Source: Phoronis australis
Lineage: Eukaryota > Animalia > Phoronida
Assembly (NCBI GenBank): GCA_002633005.1
Contig: NMRA01000016.1
Location: 347,396 to 411,395, forward strand
Direction: 5' to 3'
Length of the DNA: 64,000 nucleotides
Shown: positions 27,156-39,600 of the stretch, piece after piece
Layout of the letters: every line of letters begins with the position of its first letter
How positions within the stretch are numbered: the stretch's first letter is position 1
The notes under the pieces: generated by a model
Database searches by the model: none
What the model saw: only the letters and a program-made list of their open reading frames with translations
What the model was told of the DNA's origin: nothing
Program-made: the position numbers and the translations under genes

Positions 27156-30100
27156 TTTCACTTTGCTAGCAGCAGTTGATGTGTACACAGTAAATGCGGC
27201 TTGCTCAGAGTCACGGTAGTTCGCTAAAATCTTGGTCAGGTTAGTTCAGACTTGTGTGAAGTTTACTCTGTACTCATTTCCACACTGCACAATAGTTCCA
27301 GCATGGTGTCCTCGTTCGTACACAGTTGAGATCTCTGCACCACATACCACAAGAATACGCGCGGCAATTTGATCAAGCTGAGAAAGAAAAATGCATGAGT
27401 AATGATAATTTACTATTTTATTTACACAAAGCAAACGGGCAACAATCTGATAAACTTTTATAAATTAAACTCTGTTAATCTACATCATCATCCTCGCATT
27501 CACCGTGATTGGCTAGAGTACGAGAGTTCAAATGATCAATACTTGCAACAAGGTTCGGGCTTAATCTGACTACAAACACATAATTGTAAATTGGATATCC
27601 CGAGTATCATGATAGAGGTTATAAAATGAATATTGATATTGAACTAATACCCACTACAGCTTACGCTAATTATAGAAATAACACACAACAGACATCGGGA
27701 ATTGTAAAGGAATTATAGACATCCTATGGATCGGACAGAGCACACACTAGTGTTACAAACATTAAACGAGAACGGTTTGCAAAACGAGCATGTACCACCT
27801 TTGATGAAAATCCTACTGAATAAAAAAGCATCTTTTTAGTCCCTGTCGATTTCGAAAACTGACAGGTCTTCTGGATATTGAAAAACAAACCTCTAGACAA
27901 CCTGGAACTACACGACCTTGAGAATCAATCGTAGAGGTCGTTCACGGGCCAGAATTGGGCTGCCTGCCAAGTATGAGGACTATGGCATGGTGCATACCCT
28001 AGTTGCTATCAGACAATATTAGACTTCAGACTGATGAGCATGTGAAAAGCATTGCACTGCAAAGATCTGGTTAACATAAGCCTTTATCACAAATTGTCTC
28101 AAGATCTCAGACTGTCTACAGCTATGGTCCTCAGACTTCGTACAGCTGTTGATCCCGCGTTCCCGACCAGTAAACAATCCCAATTGACCAAAGACCAGGG
28201 TCACACCAACTTGACCACAAAATATCACGTTCAACTAAAAACTAGAGATTACCTAGCCCAGCAGTATTTGAGCTTGACAGGGATTCAAGACATGCAGATA
28301 TTATCTATTTTTCATTCAATAACACAAAGGGACTCACTTGCCTCACAATTATTTCTTGTTAGAACACATTAAAGGCAAATAATGCATAAGCTACAGAGCA
28401 TAGGAACATGTCAATCAATTACCAAGTCGCTCTTGTGCGACCTTTCAAATCAAAGCTCTTAGGGTAACAAAAGAAAGTAGTGATTCCTAAACATCATGAT
28501 TTGGGTTATTCGATAAATACACGACTGCCTAATTAACTGGGACACATTAACAACCACAAATTTGAAACGTTAAAAAGATTAACTGAATGCCATCTTCAGA
28601 TAACAGTCACTTTGAAAATTAAAACATTACAACCGACAAACAACACACTGGCTGGACTTCTGACCACAAAACAAATTCACAACACAAAAACAGCGCACCA
28701 CATCTAAACTTGAAATTCGTCACATCAAATTGTCACAGCACTGTGAATGGCAACACGAAAACAGCACAATCTTCACACAAAGGTACAAACAGGCATGCTA
28801 TGCATAATTATATTTCGATGGGATGTTATGTAACAATAGAGTCTACAAAGCTATAAACCAGATAAAGCAAGTAAATAATATGGAGCCACTGTCAACGTGA
28901 TGCGGGTGCTCTTAAGAAGTGAATAGCTGGCTATGGCAAGACAACTTATCTCCAGTCTATTCCGCAGTACGGTAACAATTCTCCAGTTTGGTACAGTCTC
29001 TAAAACACGTGACAATGAAATTCAATACGAAATTTAATATTTTCTTGATTTAGAAGACCTGGGCAGTTGTGGCGCTCGTCATATTTCTCATCTGACGCGA
29101 TGTTTTGTATCAACTGAGTCTGAAAACAGACTGTGTAGTTCACAAAATTGTTGACAATAGCTGGAGACGTAACATTTTTATGCGTCCCAATTGTGTGCAA
29201 CATGCAGGTGAATGATCTTTTATCAATGACTGTAATTCTTGAATTTGGAACAATTAATATTCCTTACTTCTAAATTTTGGTACAAAAACAAAATGATAAC
29301 TAATTTTCACTGTTCTAAACTGGATAATTTTTACCGTACTACTTTAACACCTAGTTCAACAATAGTTTAGCGCTAGTTTAGCACTAAGTACGTTAGCACT
29401 GAACCGAACACAGCAAGCCAACACCCCGAGTCAAGGCATTCTTTAAAGACACAGGTAGAAAGTAGGCTTAAGCGCTGTACTCAATTCATCACAATAAAAA
29501 ATCATGGAGTGGATGTCAAATTCCAATCATGATAAGTACAAGTAGCAACCCCAGACTATGTTAATAAGAAGGATTCAAGACCTATAGAACAACACAGAAA
29601 TGAGTATGAAGGTCTGAAAAGGGTTATTAAAAAAATTGAGCCCTGAGGGGTTGTTGAATGTAACCCATGAGACAACAAAGATCTTCAACCTACTGGCCAG
29701 TGAGTAACTTAAAAACACCACGGAGTTAAGGTGACCAACAAAATCTGTTGTTTTTGTGATTTTACTACGAATCGCCACATCTCAACATTATTTTCACCCT
29801 CGCTGAAATCAAAGCTGATTTCTTTATCGGCAGACCGTTTGGCTGCTGACGCAGACCTAGTGACTTAAATTCCACACGGCTGCTAATATCTATACTTTTC
29901 GCGTCGAAACGTCTCCTTACAGTGAGATGGTGAATGCACATCTCGGGTTGACAGCTTGCTTTGCTATTATGTTTGGATATGTACAGTACAAGACAAACGT
30001 AGCCAGACAAAATACTTCCTCCCTCATGACTGCCATTTCTGTTAACAGCAAACAGGTAATAACTATTACGGCAGTAAAATTTTAATTACAGAGTGGCTTA

Positions 30101-30603
30101 GCCACCATATAGATTTCCTGTTGATTCCCCTTCAGTCTCAGACACGAGTGGAGACTACAAGAAAAATATATACTTCACCATTTCTGTAAATATGTCATGT
30201 CCTAGATAGGGCTTTTGTAGTATATTTTTGGGCCTCAGAAAGCACACATAATGAGACATAAAGGTCACCTTCATGTTAATTTTCAAAATTTCACCCCTGG
30301 CCTTTCGATATTTGTAGCCTGAAAGACAGAAGTCGAGTAACTTGGGGACATACTCTAAGATCTGTTGCAAAAAGATTATGTTCTAGAGATCCATGACATA
30401 TAGGGCTTAAGTCAACTTCCTGCAAATTCTAGATGCTACATTTTTACAATAGCTTTCAAAAACTTTTTAAAAGTTACCAGCAGCCATCCAGTTTGGACGA
30501 CAATATGGAGAAAAAATGAAAGATTTGTCTCTCAAAAAATTTCCCTATTCTCCAACGAGACAAAAGTCACAATTTCACAAAAAAATCGTTACACTGTAGT
30601 GAC

Positions 30604-33600
30604 CTACGACCTGTAGGGCTGGGGTTGATACAGCTGACTAGGTCGCTGTTGTCGACAGTTAGTGTCGGAGACTGGCACACCGTTACCGCCGCGGGTGAAC
30701 TCCATGCTACCGATGAAACCTTGATACGGTTCACTGACCATCTGAGGGGGGGCCATTATGGCACCGGTGGGCATTATAAACTGTGGTTGACTGATTATTT
30801 GTGTATCGCCCTGAAATGAATCAACACCGTCTTGTAAATACCGGGATTACTCCTAACTAATTGTGGACAGCTTATAAGACCGAGGTTTAAATTTGCTTTA
30901 AAGAACCATGCATTTAAGACCCCACAGGATTGGAAAATGTTCGACCTTCAAGTAATACAAAATGTGCGGACACGTATCTGCAGAAAAAAAATTGAAACGT
31001 AACCAGTGAATGAAAGTGTTTATCTGGTTTCAAACACTAGAGGGCACTTTTAGTGTAGACAGAATCAGGGCCACGCTGCCGAGTACAATTCATTTGATAA
31101 AACAGTTCTCTGTTATCCAATCAAAGCATCTCCTGACTTTATCTTTACTCATTAAAACAGCTGACACAATCCTTCTTAAAACTCGAGCAGAATTCAGAAA
31201 AAATAAAAACGGAACAAAAAACATCGTCTAATAAAAAACGATATACAAAATGACCTTTTTTCCATTTTCAATGACTGCTGTCATGATTAATGAACACAAC
31301 AACGTCTCAAAGTAACACCTCTCTGCATGGCATAGAGCATTAAAACAACTATTTGGTGTTACTCATCTTTTATGAAAAAATAAACTTTCCCCTAAATTGG
31401 CAGCAATTTTCAAGAAAGTGGTATTAAATACTAGACTGGGTTCGGTGGATTTTAGCTGTCTCTGAGTAGTCTCATAACGCTAGAAACGATACACACGCCC
31501 TTGTATAGCCTCACTACGCAATAGATGCCAGATATTCATTACAAAAATGAAGAGAAAATAAAAACATATAAATACATAATATACATTTAATCTTGGATCT
31601 CTGATTCGAACATCCGCCACAGTCAGAGGAGAGAAATCTAAAACAACGTATAAAAGGGTGTAAGAAAATTAGAAACTCATGGGCCTATACAAGAACGCGT
31701 GTGAGCGTACGAGAGGATTTTGAGAAAGATAGAATCTGCGGAAGTCCGAGCAGTGTACAATACCACTTGATACTGTTACTTAGTGTAAGATGAGTATCCC
31801 AAGTCTATCAAAAGGGGCCAATTCACTTCACAGTACTCACCCAAGACTCTTTAGATATTGGTTTAACATCTTCGATGGCTACTTCCTCCGTGTTCCCATA
31901 ATCCACAAACTGGACCAGAGCTACGCAAACTCCATTGCCATTAATGTAGATGTTATGAATGACGGCTTTATAAAACTGAAAATTATCGAGAACTAGTTTT
32001 AACGATAGGTTAATTAAAGTGCATTTACAAGCAACAAGAAAGCGTGTCTTTAGTAGTCATTTTTGGTTCGGTGACCTAATTTGCTTTGGATCTGTTGAGC
32101 CCTTTTCGGCTGCAGTTCAAAGGTACAACTAAATCTTAATGTTCAACAACTTGTTAGGAAAAGATATACACTTAATGAAATCTTCATTGCTTTTCATGAA
32201 AAAACAAGTTTTGCAAAAATGATCATCGTGAAACTTCAAACAATTACTCGATTTCAAGGAATCAGATTCGTTACTCATGGTCAAGTCGGGGAAACATTAT
32301 TCAAAATTACAGGCAAAAAGTCAGTTAAAGAACCCTGGACACTTCCTCTCCTGTGCACACTACCACAAAATCCCAAATATAAGCCCATGGACAAACATTC
32401 AGAACTCTGCACATTCCAATGTTTCCAAGAAACGAATCATTTCCTCTACAAATTCATGGGCTTATAGGCAGAATTTTACGGTACAGATGCACCCTCTACC
32501 TGGTTGTCCTCCCAATATCTGGCCAGACAGTAGTCACCCTGCTTCCACTGTTGACTGTTATGACCTGTAGGCTGTAATTACAAATATTCTGGTTAACAAT
32601 GACTTGCATAATGCAGTAAGCGTCGGTCACCTTGACCTCTCGGAGACTAAAGATACAGGGAATTTTGTGCGACTTTTTTCTATATCTTTGGTGTCCTGTC
32701 TTGGATCTTCAGCAATGAAGGTCTACGGCAACAAAATTCAGGACTATATTGCTAGAAAACAGTCAAAAACCACCTATGAATACCCATATCGTTTACTTCT
32801 AAATTAACATAGAACTAGGCAGGACTGTGATCACTTTTTTGTTGTTTGACCCTTTACTAGCTCAGCGAAAGCATACAACTCAAAAATTCTACGACTCAAA
32901 AAGAGTCTGAAGCCTTACACAGATACATGATTTTAACAAAGCTGAACGAAAGGTCTACAACAAGGGCCTTGCTTGAGATAATTCACTTGTCCAACTGATA
33001 GACTATCTGGTCACTTTGTGTATCAGAGCATGCGTTGTGAATCGAAGAACAGTTAAGACCACACATGGCTTATTAGTGAAATAACCAAACACCAGGGTAG
33101 ATTTTAGAACACAAGCAAAAACACTCAAGATACAAATAACTAATGAAGTGTGAATCTTCCCAGGGTAAAATTCCTCGAACAAAGACTCACCGAAGTGCAG
33201 ATAAAGCTCAGAGCTCGGAATGACCAATGACAAAAAAGAGGAAAATTTTCCAGGCAATGTATAGCTCCGCAAATAAATAGGCTTGTGTGATAGAAACGTT
33301 TTGGGTTGCAAATTTCACTAAAATAAACATTTTTACTTAAACAAAGCCAAAAAACGGCAAAGAAACGAAAAAAAGAGGAAACTGTAAATTTAAGAGGAAA
33401 TCGAAACCAAAAAGGAAATGTTCTTAAAAAGGAAATTCCAAGCACTGTAAGCTAGTGTTTCAAAGGAAGGTAAAAACTCATTCATACACAAAACATCAGC
33501 ATCTCATAGACCAATGACCACTACACGTGAACACAATCCCCTTATCACTATGGGCACTTACCGGACTGATGTACGCCGGTCCGTTGGCTTGAGCATACAT

Positions 33601-36600
33601 CTGCATATGTTGCTGTGGTTGGTGTTGCTGCACATACTCCGACTCTGTGATGGCCTGTGTATAGATGACTGGCATATCTTCGCTTTGAGACACGACTATA
33701 TACTGCGTACTGTATGGCTGGCTCATGATCACGGCCTCCTGAGGGGGCATGGGCTGCGGCATGGCCATGGGGGGAGGATTCTCGTACACCTGCGGCTCAC
33801 TGTACACGATGGGTGGCTCGGAGGGCACCTGGGGAGGCGGCGGGGCAGGCTTGTTGTCCACGACGGCTTGTTTGGGGTTATTGTATGGTCGTTTTTGCTG
33901 GCCATCGTAGCTACTGCGCGAGTTGCTGTACCGATTCTGTTGAGGGTTATAGCCCGACTGATTCTGGTTGAAGTGTGGTGGGGGGTGCTGGAACTGGTTT
34001 TGTTGCGGCGGCGACTGCCATTTCTGGTTACGCGGCCTGTCATTTGGACGTTTATCGTTATACTGGCGAGAGTCATTGCGATCCTGGTATCTCGAACCAT
34101 CATTGTAATTGTTACGGCCCTGATACCTCTGACGGTCACCTTGGTAACGACCGTCCTGTTGTGAAGCACGGCCGCTGCCATGGCGATTCTGCCGATCAAA
34201 GTTCTGATCTTGCCGGCTATAATCATTATTCCTCATGCCATGAGATCTTCCATCATGGTGATTAGAGTCCCCTTGCCTATTATCATACCTGTGCCCCCTT
34301 GTGTTATTGTATCCACCCCTCCCTGTATGTTCGTTATTGCGACCCCTATTTCCAGTTGGAGCCTCAGTGTGCGACTTCTCCTCTCCGTCGCGGCCAATAT
34401 TTTTCGAAGGGGCGTTTCTACTTTCCCGTTTTTCCACATTTTTACGACCGTCGCTCTTAGCGCTTGTCAGTTCGGGGTAAGCCTCTTTATTCTTGGTACT
34501 CAACGACTCACTGAGTTCTCTTTGTGCTTGTAACTTGAGAAGTCGTGGCGGAAGGTTGGTCGGCTTGTTGAACTGACTCTGCTTGGGGTCACTCTTGTGA
34601 CGTGTACGCTCTGACTGGTGGTTCTCTTTGTTGGATTCTGAAAAACAGCGGCAAAGACATGTCAACAGGAAGGAGTCTAACCACTGACTACTAACAGTAG
34701 GTTTTAAAATAAACTGGACAACGTCGAAATTCCACAAAATGTCGGCACACGAAACCACAACTAAATACCCATTTCTTTTCAAGTTGAATTCGTTTCAATC
34801 CTGGCTAAATCTTGACCAGATCTCGAAATCGCGACGAGTAAATGAAAAAACAGTGGATAGGTGCAATAACAGTACATTAAACGGCAAAAGTTTGACAAGA
34901 ATGCTATTTCATTGCGACAACATTCAACCTAAACTGCCAGATGGCAAAATGTTTATACAAGTTTAGCTCAGTATGGCAGAGTTCTGTCGAAGTCTGTCGC
35001 GTTTTGTATGGTTGTCCATTCGGACAACTCTACTTCAATTCAACCTGTCCGAGTCCAGAATGAGTTCGTCCAAAAATACGAAGGAATAAATCACTATTTC
35101 TAGTATTTTCACCTTTGGCAGCTGATGTCTTGCAAGCACTGGTAGAAACGGTTTTAAAATACTTGGATATTATTGAACTCATCGTTGCTTTTCGACACAG
35201 TAGCGAGCAGACAGTAAATCGGAAAAATGCTCAAGTCCCCAATGTTGTAATAGGAGACGAGAACACCAAACATTTACTGCAATTACTATTGGGAATAACA
35301 TAACATGCAATTCTGTTAACAAGTTTACTTTGAAATCATTAGTGTTTTTCCGAGGCTGATTTGAAGTTATTGACTGATCAACCAATGGCCGCCGCATCCG
35401 AGCACCAAATTGAGCTAGCTCCCTTAAATTACGACAGACAGTGACTGAAGCCTCAACATTCCTCAACATCGGCTGAAGTCGCGTTCCTCGGCAGGTTGCA
35501 AGTGGAAGTCTGTCAATAATTTTTACGTCGCAAAGAGGTTACAGAAAGTAATTTAAGCGTGCGTGGATTTAAAACAGTATTGACCTAAGTGCAAAACGAA
35601 TTTAAGGTTGTTCACTCGGACAACTGATTAGAAATTTGACTTATCCAAATCTAGTTTTTAGTTGTCCTGGACAATTGTTAATGTTGAGCTACGCCCTAAT
35701 ATCATACAGGACTCGACACCCACCTTCCTTCACAGGAATCTTCTTTTCCAGGAAATCAAACAGTGAAATGTTCTGAGACGGCCTCGACGGCTCGTACCCA
35801 TCCTCATCGCCTCTTCGGCCACGACCTACAAATTCAAGCGCTTCAGAATGACAAGGAGACATCACACTCTCACAACGCAGCATTCTGATCTTTCCAGAAT
35901 AAGCTAAGCCTGCAAAAATTAAAACGCCTATAAACTCGCCTTCCGTCTCAAAAAACAAACCTCTGATTTAGACCACACACAGTTACGAAATTCGTCTCGG
36001 ATTGTTCCTTAGACAAAATAGAAGTGATTTCTGGCCTTGGAAGTACCTGGCAGTTGGCTATTATTTGTAATGAGAACAAGTACCATATAAATTGCCTGTC
36101 ATGGCGTGTCATTTTATTGACTGAGCATAGTCTCGAGGAGTAACGGACTGTCAGTTCTCTGCAAGACCAAAACACTTCTCAACTGAGTACGGAACAAGCT
36201 GAAACCGATTTTACAGCACTAAGTGGCCTACATCAAAATTTTCAACAGAACACTCGTTTATCGTTGCTTTAAACACAAAAATTTTGCAAGGATAGGAGAC
36301 ACCTGTGCTTACCAAAACCCCTCTCCAGTCTGTCACCCCTGTCTTGACCTCTGCCACGACCTCTGAACCCATCTCTGAAAAGTCAAAATATAATATCAAG
36401 TAGAGAACTTGCAGTTTATATAGTATTAACAAGACTGCAATACAAATACTACTTTGCATGTTAAGCAACTCGATAAACAGCATCAACGGAACAAAATGTC
36501 AGTTAACTGTACTTGGAAACAAAATTAAAGCTCAATACTTTCGAATATCTCTGACATAAAATGCATTACAAACGAAGGATTCTCAAAGCTGGCATCTCAA

Positions 36601-39600
36601 CACATTTACAAACCAAAGAATACTTGAGAACAACAGAACTGCACAAATTATACTCCACAAAACGCAGATAACTTCGTTATTATGCTATCAATACTCTGCA
36701 ATACATCAGCTCCACCTACAAAACTGCCAGTTAGAATCGCGCTGTTTTCAGCTATCTCTCAACGGCTACACAGTCACTTTACCTGCCAAAGTCCCTGTTG
36801 TACCCGGTCCTGTTGGTAGCCAGTAGGGTGTTGATGGCTTCTTCCACATTATTGCCAGACTGTTTGAGAGCTGATACAGCCTGTTCAGGACTGAAGCCCA
36901 TCTCCACGATCTTTTCAACATCCTTGTCAGACACCTGGAGCCAGAGTAACCGAGTATTGATGATAAACATGCGCAAAGAGGCGACAGGGAAATTACTCAA
37001 CATCGTAACAAAGTAAGAGTACGTGGGGACGTCAAAAAGAATTATAATGTTTTCCTGACAAAGTGTATGTGTCTAGCTCAATTCTAGAAATTTCCCCAAC
37101 GAAAGGGTGACGTGCTGGTCAACGGATACATCCGAACACCAGTCACTCGTTCACTTCATCACAAGCTTTTACACTCTGAATCAATTTCCAATGAAGGTAT
37201 CCAAATTGACATCGACTTCCCACATAAGTTCTACTATTACGCAGAGTGGTGCTTCCACGAATTCAAAAACTGGATGACCAATGTAACACACCGATGGTTA
37301 TGTCTTAATAGTTTGACACTTTTACCCATCTTTGGAACAGCACTGGACCCTTTAAAAAAAGTTTCCCATGATGCATCAGTTACCTGCTTTGTGAAATTTT
37401 TGGCTTTGCCATCATCCTTTGCCTGTATCGCCTCAGCGATGGTTGCCTGGCGCTGCTGTTCAAATTCATCGTCTTCAGCTTTCTTCTGTGGCTTGTTAGA
37501 CTCCAGCGACTTGAAGTTATCTGAAGACAACACAAGAAAGAGTAGAGACATGAGAATACAACCCGGAGGAGCCAGAGATGACAAAAATGGACACATGCAG
37601 GTTTATTGGACATGTGCGTGACAACGGCATTGAAGTGGCAATGAATATAATTTTCATATTTTGACAAGAACCCATTTTGCTATCATCAAACCTAACTTAA
37701 TAGCACTTCATACCATAACCATCGATTCAACTGACCTATCATAAGCTCCGCCCCCTTGCGAAAAGACGACAAATAAACAACAAGTTTTACTCGGTTTACA
37801 TGTCGTTTGTCAGGTAAGGTGGCGTCTTGGAAACGAAGGTATGTTAAGAATGCTGTGATCTGATTGGTCAGTTAAACCGTCACTCAAAATTCTGCCGATA
37901 GGTCAATTTCCCACAACGGAGAAACTAACATAGATTCAATTTTCAATTCAAGTTCAATACCTCCAAGGACCTGAGCCTGACAAAAGAAAGTGCGATTGAC
38001 AAATTTGCCGCGTCACAAAGCTGAAATAATGTTCACACGCACCTAGGCAAAGGCACATGAACATATTTTTGGACAGTGACCGAAGGCACCACAGTGAAAC
38101 ACTTAATTCGTCGTGTGGATTTTGCTGATGGAATTATAGCGTACATGGACACCTTACGCAACCTACCTCTAAATATTTGCAACCTGATAATATTTCGTTA
38201 TAATGGCAATGAACCCACATCCCGTCAAAAAAAATTTGATTTAAACACTTATTGCAAAAAAGGTCATAAATTGTTTCTTACTCAGATGAGAAGTAAATTT
38301 TGGTTTTATAACGAACTGACCATTCCTTTTGCTTCGAGACCACGCTAGGCAAATATGACACACCGCGACAAGTCAACATGTACAGCCTTGTCATAAGCAA
38401 TGACCAACACACAGTTTTTCCCAAGCACGTCACACCTATTTCGACTGACGAACAATTTAAGACCAATATCAAAACAGCCGGTGGTCAAATAGGAAGTTTG
38501 TAGCCACTTTAACCGATTCCTGCTCACCTTTATTACGCCTGTCGTTATAGCGATTTCTGTCCACTCTCTGACCAAAAGGTATGAATGGAGGGGGGCCGTC
38601 CTCACCTCGTGTGGTTGACCGTGACTGACTGGCTAATGTCTGAAAGTCAAGTATTCAAGAGAGTCTAATACCAAATGATGCTATTCACTTAGCTTATAAA
38701 AGTGACGGTAGTAAGTGCAATTTTGATGGATTCGATGCAAGACTAATATGGCAACAGGATACCTTGTACACAAAATACACCCCAGTCTAAAAATAATTTG
38801 TACGAAATGCCCCAGAACTAGATGCGAATACTTATAAATCAAGACTTTCGGAATTTACTATAAAATAAATTTCCCGACGTTCAAAGCCGCCAGGCTCCTT
38901 TTACTGGAGATTGATAACTGACTGGTTCCCACACAAATTTAATCTCCTTCTGCCAGGAAATTTATTTTTATAAGTCATGATTTATACCTTTTTGAATCTA
39001 ATTATTCACCTGGGTGAATAATGTCCATTGTCTAACCCTAGATATAATGGTTATGGATATATTCTCAAGAGAGATTCAATTACTTTTCAGAAATGGTTGC
39101 GGAGAGGGTGAGACCAAATTTCAGACTCAAGTTGCTTTTCAGCCTAAGTCAGGGCTTGAAATGAATAATGACAAAAAAGAGGACATTTTTTCAGATGACA
39201 TATCTTCCACAAATAAATAGGCTTGTGTGATATAAATACTGTTTGTGTTTTAAAATTTTACTAAAATAAAGGTTTTAACACGAATCAAGTCAAACTAACG
39301 ATAAAAAAGAGACAAAAAAGAGAAAACTGGAATGAAATAAGAGGAAATCGAAATCAAAAGAGGAAATCTTTTTAAAAGAAGTAAATTCCAAGCTCTGCTA
39401 AGTGAAGTGCACCAACTACTCACCCTCTTCAGCTGCCAACTTTCCACCATCTTCTCTACATGTCCACCCAGCACCTTGGTATTGTTATTGGTCAGCTGTA
39501 GAAAACTGTTGTTAAGCCTCACATTACCACTGAGCAGCACTTTTTTACCAGGAGGTGTGTCCATGCTGTAATGTACAACCCTGATTGGCTGAAGTAGCCG

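Noticed and set aside
32630-32722. Extra TDRD3 exon between the large exon and the Tudor exon
   Set aside because: An acceptor-like site exists, but the flanking exons already join in phase 0 and the best donors are phase 2.
33514-34533. Long plus-strand ORFs (216 aa, 117 aa, 96 aa)
   Set aside because: Antisense shadows of the low-complexity TDRD3 exon, with no recognisable domain.
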